Source: Polyangiales bacterium (lineage in GTDB: Bacteria > Myxococcota_A > Polyangia > Polyangiales > Polyangiaceae). From it: 64,000 bases of DNA. Position numbers and translations under genes: made by a program. The stretch lies in contig JBBRNJ010000002.1 of assembly GCA_038230375.1 (NCBI GenBank), forward strand, positions 32,001 through 96,000, read 5' to 3'. Of this stretch, positions 28,114 through 36,313 are shown one piece after another. Under the pieces are notes generated by a model that saw only the letters and a list, made by a program, of their open reading frames with translations, was not told the origin of the DNA and did no database searches. Each line of letters opens with the position of its first letter. The stretch's first letter is position 1.

Positions 28114-28410
28114 TTGGAAAGCAATGACACCCAGAATTCACCGGCCGAGCGCGCATTGTTCTTCGCTGTGCTCACGCTCGTCGTCGGCCTTGCGCTTGTC
28201 GGGACCGTGTCTCAGACGGCCGGTGGCGTGGTGACGCTCGGCTCGTGGCTCTACTTCGTCTACGCGCTCCACCGCTACGGCCGCAGCGGCGGTCCCACAC
28301 GGCCGGCACGAAAGCGAGAGGCTCTTGCTCCCACGGATGTTGCTCCGCGGGATGTTGCTCCGAGGGATGTTGCTCCCAAGGATGTCGCTCCCCAGGATCT
28401 CGATCGCTAG
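28114..28410 (+). CDS. Small two-TM membrane protein with DVAPx repeats
   Basis: Two hydrophobic segments and an LHRYGR motif. TTG start assumed. Confidence 0.6.
   Translation: MESNDTQNSPAERALFFAVLTLVVGLALVGTVSQTAGGVVTLGSWLYFVYALHRYGRSGGPTRPARKREALAPTDVAPRDVAPRDVAPKDVAPQDLDR
28336..28395 (+). repeat. 15-bp tandem repeat x4 encoding DVAP(R/K/Q)
   Basis: gatgttgctccgcgg gatgttgctccgagg gatgttgctcccaag gatgtcgctccccag. Confidence 0.9.
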
Positions 28411-29264
28411 ATCTCGCTGCGCAGGACGACCACGCCCGTGTCTGGCGCAAGGCCCGGCGTGCGGATGGCTGCCCAGCCATAGCCGCGCTCGGTGATGACA
28501 ACAGTTCCCGTCTTGGCCCCGTTCTTGGTCGCCTCGACGAGGTGCTGGTCAGCGAGGGCCTTCTCGCTCACATGCGGCATCTTCGGCGCGCCGTACACGC
28601 CAGCAGCGTCGAAGACGGCGACGTAGATGATCGGCTGCTTCGTGGTCTCCTTCGACTCGAGGAGCTTCGCCTTCACCTCTCGCTCCACCGACTCGGTGAG
28701 GTGCCGGGCGAACGCGCGGTACGTCCAGCCAGTGATGAGCAAGCCGGCGGTGGTGCCGTCGTCGCGCTTGATCGCAGTGCCCGCGATCCAGTCCTTATCG
28801 GGGCCCAGAGGCCCTGCGGGGCCCGGGAATGCGCCGGTGGTCGTGACGTAGCTGCCCTTCATCGCGCCGGAGAGCGCAGGAAAGATCTGGACGACGTTCT
28901 GCCCCGCCATCGCGTCCTGTTCGAGGTCGTTGCGGATGGCAACCCCCTTCTCGTCCACCAGCGCGAAGAACGTGCTCTTCGCGACGAGGAGGTCGGGGAC
29001 GTCACGACGGATGCGCTGCAACTCCTTGCGGACGTTCGGCAGATTCGCCCGCGGGTCCTCGTTCTTGGCGAACAGAGGCGCGAGGCGCCTGGCGCCCTCG
29101 GGCAGGCCACGCGATACCTCGCCCACGTCCTTGTCCACCAGCGACAGGAGTGATGCGGCGTGATCCTGCGCGTACTGCGCGCTTGCGAGCGACTGGTCCT
29201 TGCAACCGGTTACGGACAGGAGCAGGGCCCCCGCGACGACGGTGATCTTTCGCAATGAGCGCAT
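28407..29264 (-). CDS. Lipoprotein with Cache/PDC-like sensor features
   Basis: MRSLRKITVVAGALLLSVTGC lipobox; FFALVDEKGVAI and VAVFDAAG PAS-like strands. Confidence 0.7.
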   Translation of the reverse strand: MRSLRKITVVAGALLLSVTGCKDQSLASAQYAQDHAASLLSLVDKDVGEVSRGLPEGARRLAPLFAKNEDPRANLPNVRKELQRIRRDVPDLLVAKSTFFALVDEKGVAIRNDLEQDAMAGQNVVQIFPALSGAMKGSYVTTTGAFPGPAGPLGPDKDWIAGTAIKRDDGTTAGLLITGWTYRAFARHLTESVEREVKAKLLESKETTKQPIIYVAVFDAAGVYGAPKMPHVSEKALADQHLVEATKNGAKTGTVVITERGYGWAAIRTPGLAPDTGVVVLRSEI

Positions 29265-29324
29265 ATCGAGGGGAAACATAGCACGTCGAATTCGCCCCCG
29301 GGCGCAGGGGAATTCGGCGAAAGT

Positions 29325-30626
29325 GTGGACGTGGTCGCCATCGACGTTCGACCGGACAAGCTCGGCCCATACCGTGTTCGCGGAAAGATCGGCGAAGGCG
29401 GCATGGCCACGGTCTACGTCGGCGTCTCGGAGGACGGAGCGCAGGTCGCCCTCAAGGTGATCAAGTCGGAGTACGCGCACAACAAAGAGTTCCTCACCAT
29501 GTTTCTGGATGAGGGAAAGCTCGCCTCGCGGCTCTTCCATCCGAACATCTTGCGGATCCTCCAGCTGGGGGCCGAGGACGGCCGCCTCTACATGGCGATG
29601 GAGCTCCTGCGAGGGCAGTCGCTCTACGCGCTCTGGGACGCCACGCGGAAGCAGGGGATCGCGATCGCGCCGGACGTCATCGCGTACCTCGGCGCGGAGG
29701 TATGCGCCGCGCTGCACCACGCGCATGACGCCACCGACGAGGCAGGCAAGCCGCTGCAGATCGTCCATCGCGACGTGAACCCGAGCAACGTGCTGGTGTC
29801 GTACGCGGGAGAGGTGAAGGTCATCGATTTCGGACTTGCGAAGGCGGTCAATCGCGCTTCCCATACGGCCGCCGGAATCGTCAAAGGCAAGATTGCCTAT
29901 CTGACTCCCGAGCAGGTCTCCGGCAAACCGCTCGACCGTCGCGCGGACCTCTTCTCGCTCGGAACGACGCTGTGGGAGGTCTCGCTGAATCGGCGGCTTT
30001 TCAAGGGCGAAACGAAGATTGAGACCATCCACAAGATCCACAAGGCGGAGGTGCCCGACCCGCTGACGTTCGACCCAGGATATCCCGTCTTGCTGTGGAG
30101 CGTGCTGCGGCGCTGCCTCATGCGACTACCGGCTGAGCGGTTCGAGACGGCCCAGCAATGCGAAGTGGCGTTTCGTGAGTTCATCGCGTCCGCCGCCCCG
30201 AAGAAGGACATGAAAGCCGAGGTCGCGGCGCTGATGTTGCGCGCGTTCGGCGAGGACAAGGCGAAGCAGGAGGCATGGCTCGAGACGGCCGCCGACGCAT
30301 CGGCAAAGCCGCTCCCCACGCTCCGCCCCACGACGCCGGTGCAGACGTCGAGCGACTCCTCCGGCAGCGCGCTCTCGCCCAAGAGCGGCGATCTCACGAT
30401 CGAGACGCCTGCCAGCAACGCGCCGAGCGCACCGCCCCGGGCTGTCATGTCATCCATGCCACCGCCGCTGCCGACCTCCACCAGACCACCGCCCGGATCT
30501 GCCAGGCCTGGCGGTCCCGCGCGCACGACCCAGAACTCCTGGTTGGTCCCGCTCGGGATTGTCCTGCTGTTCCTCGTGGTGCTTGCTGCAGGAGCCTTCT
30601 TTATCCAGAGACGGGCTACCCCATAG
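29325..30626 (+). CDS. Hanks-type Ser/Thr protein kinase with C-terminal TM
   Basis: GEGGMATV, VALK, HRDVNPSN, DFGLAK, YLTPEQ; TM segment WLVPLGIVLLFLVVLAAGAFFI. Confidence 0.93.
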   Translation: MDVVAIDVRPDKLGPYRVRGKIGEGGMATVYVGVSEDGAQVALKVIKSEYAHNKEFLTMFLDEGKLASRLFHPNILRILQLGAEDGRLYMAMELLRGQSLYALWDATRKQGIAIAPDVIAYLGAEVCAALHHAHDATDEAGKPLQIVHRDVNPSNVLVSYAGEVKVIDFGLAKAVNRASHTAAGIVKGKIAYLTPEQVSGKPLDRRADLFSLGTTLWEVSLNRRLFKGETKIETIHKIHKAEVPDPLTFDPGYPVLLWSVLRRCLMRLPAERFETAQQCEVAFREFIASAAPKKDMKAEVAALMLRAFGEDKAKQEAWLETAADASAKPLPTLRPTTPVQTSSDSSGSALSPKSGDLTIETPASNAPSAPPRAVMSSMPPPLPTSTRPPPGSARPGGPARTTQNSWLVPLGIVLLFLVVLAAGAFFIQRRATP

Positions 30627-30685
30627 CCATTACGGACTTGCAACCCGGACAGAAGGCTGGAATAAGGTCTTCATCTCGGCGGCGC

Positions 30686-30769
30686 GCCGAAGTGGCGGAA
30701 TGGCAGACGCAGCGGATTCAAAATCCGCCGAGGTAACCCCTCGTGTGGGTTCAAGTCCCACCTTCGGTA
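30686..30769 (+). tRNA. tRNA-Leu (CAA)
   Basis: Acceptor stem GCCGAAG/CTTCGGT, anticodon arm GCGGA-TTCAAAA-TCCGC, long variable arm, GTTCAAG T-loop. CCA not encoded. Confidence 0.95.
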
Positions 30770-30805
30770 CTTGGAAGTTCGAATCATCAAGAGGCGTGAA
30801 ATCAA

Positions 30806-31246
30806 ATGAGCAATCTGAAGACAACCATTGAATCGCTCGCTACGGACTTTGCCCACAAGCTCATCGCCGCGATCAAGGCGTCGTCGCTGCAGGAGATCCT
30901 GAACGAGACCGGCGGCGCGATCCGTGGCGGAGCACGTCGCGGTCGTCCTCCGGCTTCAGCGAGCCCGGCCGCCGCAGCACCGGCGGCAAAGGCAGCAGCA
31001 AAGGCAACTCCGCGCGGTCGCAAGGGTGGTCGCCTCGCGCGCCGCTCGCCTGCGGCGCTCGCAAAAGCGATGGACCAGATCATCGGCCTGCTCGGGAAGC
31101 ACCCCAAGGGCCTGCGCTCGGAGGAGATCCGCGCGAAGCTCGGTCTCTCGAAGCAAGAAGTCCCGCGCCCGCTCGCCGACGCACTCGCCGCGAAGCTCAT
31201 CACCAAAAAAGGTGAGAAGCGAGCCACAACCTACTTCAAGAAGTAG
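30806..31246 (+). CDS. Basic putative DNA-binding/nucleoid-associated protein
   Basis: N-terminal amphipathic helix, RRGRPP AT-hook-like motif with Ala/Lys linker, C-terminal wHTH-like GLRSEEIRAKLGL...KKGEKRATTYF. Confidence 0.75.
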   Translation: MSNLKTTIESLATDFAHKLIAAIKASSLQEILNETGGAIRGGARRGRPPASASPAAAAPAAKAAAKATPRGRKGGRLARRSPAALAKAMDQIIGLLGKHPKGLRSEEIRAKLGLSKQEVPRPLADALAAKLITKKGEKRATTYFKK

Positions 31247-31251
31247 GCTAA

Positions 31252-31321
31252 CACTACTGCGGGATGTCGCCGTCCCAGGCGCGAATCTACGCATGCGTCA
31301 CGGCGACATCCCGCAGTGGTG
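31252..31321. terminator. 22-bp inverted repeat between convergent genes (probable bidirectional terminator or 3' stabiliser)
   Basis: cactactgcgggatgtcgccgt - 26 nt - acggcgacatcccgcagtggtg, with one G-U pair. Confidence 0.7.
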
Positions 31322-34021
31322 CTAACGCCCTAGCTTCATCATTCGGTCGCGCGCGGCTTTGGCGGTGACGCTGGTCTTGGCGTTGCCCCATCGCTCCACC
31401 ACGAGTCCGTAGGCGTCACGTGCCTTCGGGACGTCGTGCTTGGCCTCGTACGCCATGCCCAGATAGTAGTGCGCGCGGATCCAGGCCTGCGGCTCCGTCA
31501 GCTCGGTGCATGCGCGCGTCATGTGTAGGAGCCGCGAGATTGCCTCGTCGCTCCTGCCTGCGAGCGCAAGCACGCGTCCGATGGTGAAGTTGAGTCGGGT
31601 GGGGGACTGCTCCTCGGGGATCATCTGGCCGAAGGACGACACGAGCGCAAGCGCCTCCTTCGCCTCGTCCTCTGTCTCGGCGGCCTGCGCCCATGCCTTC
31701 ACCCACAGCCACGGCATGCGCGCGGTCTGGGTCGCGACCTCCGTGCCGCGAAGCGTGTCGAGCTCCTTCTGGATCCACGCGCGGCGAAACGCATCGAACT
31801 TCGCGCGGTCGATCGACCTTGCACGATACATCGGCTCGTAGAAGTCGATGTCGGGGTCCATGTCGAGTGGCGCCTTCGGATACGCGTCCATGCGCGCCAC
31901 GAAGCTCTTCGAGAGCTCTGCGGCCGCCGCATCGTCGCCGATCTCGAGCGCGATGAGCGCGCGGCGTACGACCCACGACGCCCGTGTGAGCCTGTTCGCG
32001 GAGGGAGGCAGCGCCTCCTCGCCGGCCTTGGCCGCCCGCTCCGCGTCGTCGAAGCGGCCCTGGATCAACGCAAGCGAGATGTCCATCGACGCCGCCGTGA
32101 GCGGCTTTTGCGGCGGGGCAGCCACGTCGACGGTATGGAGGAGCGCCTGCTTGACGCCCTCGTATTGCGTACCGGTGGCCTGCAGCGTGTCCGCGAGCGC
32201 GAGCCGCGCGCGGACGCTCGTCGGGTCCATTTCCACCCACGCCTCTGCGTCGGTCTTCGCGCGCGCACACTCACCCGACGTGGCGTAGATGTTCTGCTCG
32301 TCCTCCAGGCAGCTCACCGCGAATGGCGACTTGCCAAGGCAGCTCCGGTAGACGTCGAGTGCCTCTGACGGGTGTCCCATGGAGCGCTCGGCATCGCCCA
32401 GTCCGTCCATGGCCGGAATGAAGTCAGGCGCAACACGCAGCGCGTTTCCGAACGCCGTCCGCGCGTCGTCGAACTTGAGCTGCTTCATCCGGGCGATGCC
32501 AAGGTAGTAGAGCGCCTCGGAGTCCTTCGGATGGAGCTTCACCGCGCGGAGGAGGCGCGTCTCCCATTCGGCGAGATCGGGCGTGGGCCTGACGTACGGC
32601 TCGCTCGCCTCGAGCAGCGCGGCTCCGCGCGCGTCCAGGTTCACGCGATGCTGGAATGCCTCCTGGAAATGGAGCTCCGCGCCACGCGGATCGCGCCCGA
32701 ACGTGAGCAGCGCGATCTCGAGGTGCGCGAGCGCGAACGTGCCATCCGCGGCGAGCGCCGCCTCGAGCTTGGCCTCGGCCTTGGTCGTCGCGCCGTCGTG
32801 GAACAGCTGCATCGCCTCCGTGAAGTCGTGGTCGGCCTCCACGACTGACGAGAGCGGGTGCGCGGTTGCGATCACGGGCTGCGGCTGATTGGTCCTCGGA
32901 ACGAGCGCGATGATAGCTGCAGCAGCGGCGATCACACCTGCGGTGATGGTGAGCCCACGACGCGACGCGCGTGGGGCGCGCGGGGGCTCGGGCGGATCGT
33001 CCTTCGGCTTCGGAGGCGAGCTCAGCGTGGCAGGTGCCCTGGTGGTCGCGGCGAACGCGGCGGGCTCCATGGAGGGGCGCGGCGTGACGGTGGGCGTTGC
33101 CTTGCCTGAGTTGCCGGAGTCACGGTTGCGCGGAAGAGCCGACGGCGCGGCGAACGGTTCGATGGTCTCTGCCACGTCGAGCAACGACGCGAAACGCGCC
33201 AGCGGATCCTTCTCGAGCGCACGCATGATCGCGGCGCACACCACCGCGGGCAGCTCCGGCGCGCGCTCGCCGATGTCCGGCGCGGGATCGTTCACGATGC
33301 CGAGGAGCACTGGATAGAGCTCGTTCGCGCGCGCGACCCATGGGCGCTCCCCGGTCAGGAGCTCGAACGCGAGCACGGCCCACGAGAACTGGTCGGTCGT
33401 GGCGGCGAGGTCCGTTCCGCGTAGCTGCTCGGGAGACATGTAGACGGGCGTGCCCGGGATCGCACCGCCGCCCGTCACCGTGTCGATGGGCGCGACGGCG
33501 CTGGACACCGCACGACGGGCGATACCAAGGTCGAGCAGCTTCACGACGCCGTCCTCGCGGACGATGACGTTCTCCGGCTTCACGTCGCGATGGATGATGC
33601 CCGCCTCGTGCAAGGCGGCGAGCGCGCGTGCCGTGTCGCAGAGCCAGCGGAGCTTCTCTGCCCACGGCGCCCCGGAGGTCACCAGCTCCCGCAGCGTCCG
33701 ACCGCGCACGAGCTCCATGGCCATGAAGAAGACGTCCTCTTCCTCGCCGACGTCGAACACACTCACCACGTTGGGGTGGTTGATGGCCGCGGCCGCCCTT
33801 GCCTCACGCAGGAGGCGCGCCCCGAAGTCCTCGCGCGGCTGGTCGCTGCTCGGCATCAGCGAGATGACCTTGAGCGCGACGGTGCGGAGGAGGCGTGCGT
33901 CGTGCGCGCGATACACCGCGCCCATGCCGCCGCGACCGAGCAGCCCCTCGACCACGTACGGACCGACCTTGGCGCCCTCCGCGAGGTCGCTGAGCTGAGA
34001 GGGCTCCGTGGGGTTGGGCAT
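31322..34021 (-). CDS. Ser/Thr protein kinase with TM and extracytoplasmic TPR repeats
   Basis: GRGGMGAV, VALK, HRDVKPEN, DLG, GTPVYMSPE; TM segment; TPR motifs EALYYLG and AHYYLG. Confidence 0.92.
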   Translation of the reverse strand: MPNPTEPSQLSDLAEGAKVGPYVVEGLLGRGGMGAVYRAHDARLLRTVALKVISLMPSSDQPREDFGARLLREARAAAAINHPNVVSVFDVGEEEDVFFMAMELVRGRTLRELVTSGAPWAEKLRWLCDTARALAALHEAGIIHRDVKPENVIVREDGVVKLLDLGIARRAVSSAVAPIDTVTGGGAIPGTPVYMSPEQLRGTDLAATTDQFSWAVLAFELLTGERPWVARANELYPVLLGIVNDPAPDIGERAPELPAVVCAAIMRALEKDPLARFASLLDVAETIEPFAAPSALPRNRDSGNSGKATPTVTPRPSMEPAAFAATTRAPATLSSPPKPKDDPPEPPRAPRASRRGLTITAGVIAAAAAIIALVPRTNQPQPVIATAHPLSSVVEADHDFTEAMQLFHDGATTKAEAKLEAALAADGTFALAHLEIALLTFGRDPRGAELHFQEAFQHRVNLDARGAALLEASEPYVRPTPDLAEWETRLLRAVKLHPKDSEALYYLGIARMKQLKFDDARTAFGNALRVAPDFIPAMDGLGDAERSMGHPSEALDVYRSCLGKSPFAVSCLEDEQNIYATSGECARAKTDAEAWVEMDPTSVRARLALADTLQATGTQYEGVKQALLHTVDVAAPPQKPLTAASMDISLALIQGRFDDAERAAKAGEEALPPSANRLTRASWVVRRALIALEIGDDAAAAELSKSFVARMDAYPKAPLDMDPDIDFYEPMYRARSIDRAKFDAFRRAWIQKELDTLRGTEVATQTARMPWLWVKAWAQAAETEDEAKEALALVSSFGQMIPEEQSPTRLNFTIGRVLALAGRSDEAISRLLHMTRACTELTEPQAWIRAHYYLGMAYEAKHDVPKARDAYGLVVERWGNAKTSVTAKAARDRMMKLGR

Positions 34022-34157
34022 GCGTGCGGACGAAGTATAGGCCAGGCGAGAGAAACGCTGGGCCAGAACGGGCGCTCCCCCAGATTTGCTTGAGACAACG
34101 GAATCCGTCTGCTATTCCCACCACTCTTCGTTTTTACCGTCCGAAGGAATCCAGGAA

Positions 34158-34400
34158 ATGTCGACGTCTGACGCGATTCAGTGCAAGCCCCTCGAAGTGG
34201 TCGTCAGCGACCGCGGCATCGAGCGTGCGATCAAGATGCTCAAGCGAAAGCTTGCCTCCGAGGGCGTGCTCCGCGAGCTCAAGATGCGCCGCCACTACAT
34301 GAAGCCGAGCGTCAAGCGCCGCAAGAAGCAGGCTGAGGCCGCCCGTCGTCGCCGCAAGCGCGCGAAGATGGACGCAGCTCCGCCGCCGAACAAGGGTTGA
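34158..34400 (+). CDS. rpsU: 30S ribosomal protein S21
   Basis: IERAIKMLKRK...ELKMRRHYMKPSVKRRKK. Confidence 0.93.
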   Translation: MSTSDAIQCKPLEVVVSDRGIERAIKMLKRKLASEGVLRELKMRRHYMKPSVKRRKKQAEAARRRRKRAKMDAAPPPNKG

Positions 34401-34804
34401 GTAGTTCCCAGGACCCCCCGGACCCCCCGGATCCCCCGGCTTCTCCGGTGCGAACTCCCGGAGGCGGTGATGCTGGTGCGTCCGCCTTGGCGCGGGCGAA
34501 CGCTCGCGTCAGGAAGTTCGTGCGCTCGTACGTCGAGCGCGGCCCCTATGCGCTGTACCCCGAGCCCGAGGTCACGGAGAACGTGATCGTCGGGCTCGTC
34601 CACAATCTGGCCGAGCACGGCAAGATGTACTGCCCCTGCGCCGACGTGGAGTCGTCGAAGGCCCGCGGCCACGAGATGGTGTGCCCGTGCACGCCTCACC
34701 ACGACGACATCAAGCGACAGGGTTACTGCGACTGCGCGCTCTTCGCGTCGCGCGAGTTCGCCGCAGGATCCTGTGATAAACCGGGCCCCGATGAAACTGA
34801 ATGA
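34397..34804 (+). CDS. Ferredoxin-thioredoxin reductase catalytic-subunit-like protein
   Basis: GL...HGKMYCPC...VCPC...GYCDCALF. Start uncertain. Confidence 0.85.
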   Translation: MSSSQDPPDPPDPPASPVRTPGGGDAGASALARANARVRKFVRSYVERGPYALYPEPEVTENVIVGLVHNLAEHGKMYCPCADVESSKARGHEMVCPCTPHHDDIKRQGYCDCALFASREFAAGSCDKPGPDETE

Positions 34805-35315
34805 CGCTTGTCCGGCGTTCGAGCTGCCCGGTACGGACGGGAAGATCCACACCCTTGCCTCGTTCGACGGCAAGAAGCTCCTCTGCGTGATCGTGTCCTG
34901 CAACCACTGCCCTTACGTGGTGGCATACGAGGAGCGGATGGTCGCGCTCGCGAAGGCCCACGCGGAGAACGGCGTTGCGTTCATGGCGGTGAACGCGAAC
35001 GACGCGACCCGCTACCCGGACGACGCGATGGAGCCGATGACCGCGCGCGCGAAGGACCGTGGCTTCCCGTTCCCCTACGTTCGCGACGACTCGCAGGCCT
35101 TCGTGCGGGCGCTCGGCGCGCGCTTCACGCCGGAGGTCTTCGTCTTCGACGCCGGGCGGAAGCTCCGCTACCACGGTCGCATCGACGACAACCATCGCGA
35201 CCCCGCGCGCGTGACGTCGAAGGACCTCGAGAATGCCCTCTCTGCCCTCGGCGCTGGTGAGGCTCCGGCCACGCCCGAAACCGTGGCGTTCGGCTGCAGC
35301 ATCAAGTGGAAGTAG
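34791..35315 (+). CDS. Thioredoxin-fold (AhpC/TSA-like) protein
   Basis: PAFELPGTDG, CNHCPYV, YPDD, TPEVFVFD, YHGRIDD, GCSIKW. Confidence 0.9.
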   Translation: MKLNDACPAFELPGTDGKIHTLASFDGKKLLCVIVSCNHCPYVVAYEERMVALAKAHAENGVAFMAVNANDATRYPDDAMEPMTARAKDRGFPFPYVRDDSQAFVRALGARFTPEVFVFDAGRKLRYHGRIDDNHRDPARVTSKDLENALSALGAGEAPATPETVAFGCSIKWK

Positions 35316-35342
35316 TGGTAGCCTGGACCTCTGGAGCGCCCC

Positions 35343-36308
35343 ATGGAACAGCACGAAAACGGTAATGGGCACATCGCCCCCCATGGCTTCACCACCACTG
35401 CCTCTCGCGGTGCGCGGATGCCGCTCTTCAGCCCGCCGGCGGTGAACGCGGTCGCGGTCGAAGAACGTGCTGCGTCGCTCGCGAAGCGGAGCATCAAGAA
35501 GGGGGCGAAGGTCGCGGGGCTGAAGCTCGCCATCTCCATGATGGACCTCACCACCCTCGAAGGAAAAGACACCGCGGGCAAGGTCCGTCAGATGTGCCGC
35601 AAGGCGGTCACGCCCATGGACTCCGACCCGACGCTCCCGTCGTGCGCCGCGGTCTGCGTGTATCCGAACTTCGTGACCATCGCGAAGGCGGCTCTCGAAG
35701 GCTCCGCCGTGAAGGTCGCCAGCGTCGCCACTGCGTTCCCCAGCGGACAGTCACCACTCCCGGTGAAGCTGGACGACGTGCGCCGCGCCGTGGAGTTCGG
35801 CGCCGACGAGATCGACATGGTGATCGATCGCGGCGCCATGCTGTCGGGCGACTACGCGAAGGTCTTCGACGAGATCGCCGCCACGAAGGAGGCGTGCGGT
35901 CCAGCGCACCTCAAGGTCATCCTGGAGACCGGCGAGCTCGGCTCGTACGACGTGGTCCGCAAGGCGAGCGATCTCGCGATCGCAGCAGGCGCGGACTTCA
36001 TCAAGACCTCCACTGGCAAGATCCAGCCTGCGGCCACGCCTCCGGTCACGCTCGTCATGCTCGAGGCGATCCGCGATCACTTTTATCAGACCGGCGTTCG
36101 CATCGGCATGAAGCCTGCGGGCGGCGTGCGAACGGCGAAGCAGGCGCTCCACTATCTTGTCATCGTCAAGGAGACGCTCGGCGACGCGTGGCTCACGCCC
36201 GATCTGTTCCGCTTCGGAGCGAGCGCGCTCCTGAACGACGTGCTGATGCAGCTCGAGAAGGAGCGCACCGGCAATTACCAGGCGTCCGAAGACTTCTCGA
36301 AGGACTGA
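35343..36308 (+). CDS. deoC: Deoxyribose-phosphate aldolase
   Basis: DLTTLEG, AAVCVYP, GADEIDMV, LKVILETGEL, ADFIKTSTGK, KPAGG, RFGAS. Confidence 0.95.
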   Translation: MEQHENGNGHIAPHGFTTTASRGARMPLFSPPAVNAVAVEERAASLAKRSIKKGAKVAGLKLAISMMDLTTLEGKDTAGKVRQMCRKAVTPMDSDPTLPSCAAVCVYPNFVTIAKAALEGSAVKVASVATAFPSGQSPLPVKLDDVRRAVEFGADEIDMVIDRGAMLSGDYAKVFDEIAATKEACGPAHLKVILETGELGSYDVVRKASDLAIAAGADFIKTSTGKIQPAATPPVTLVMLEAIRDHFYQTGVRIGMKPAGGVRTAKQALHYLVIVKETLGDAWLTPDLFRFGASALLNDVLMQLEKERTGNYQASEDFSKD

Positions 36309-36313
36309 ACGCT

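Noticed and set aside
29265..30041. Apparent N-terminal extension of the Cache-like lipoprotein
   Set aside because: Antisense of the Ser/Thr kinase; the signal peptide starts at 29264.
30686..34021. Genomic island integrated at tRNA-Leu
   Set aside because: No integrase, no duplicated tRNA 3' end noticed, and no obvious composition shift.
35594..36313. Apparent 240-aa N-terminal extension of the ALDH (755-aa ORF)
   Set aside because: It is an alternate frame of deoC. The real start is ATG 36314, just after the deoC stop.
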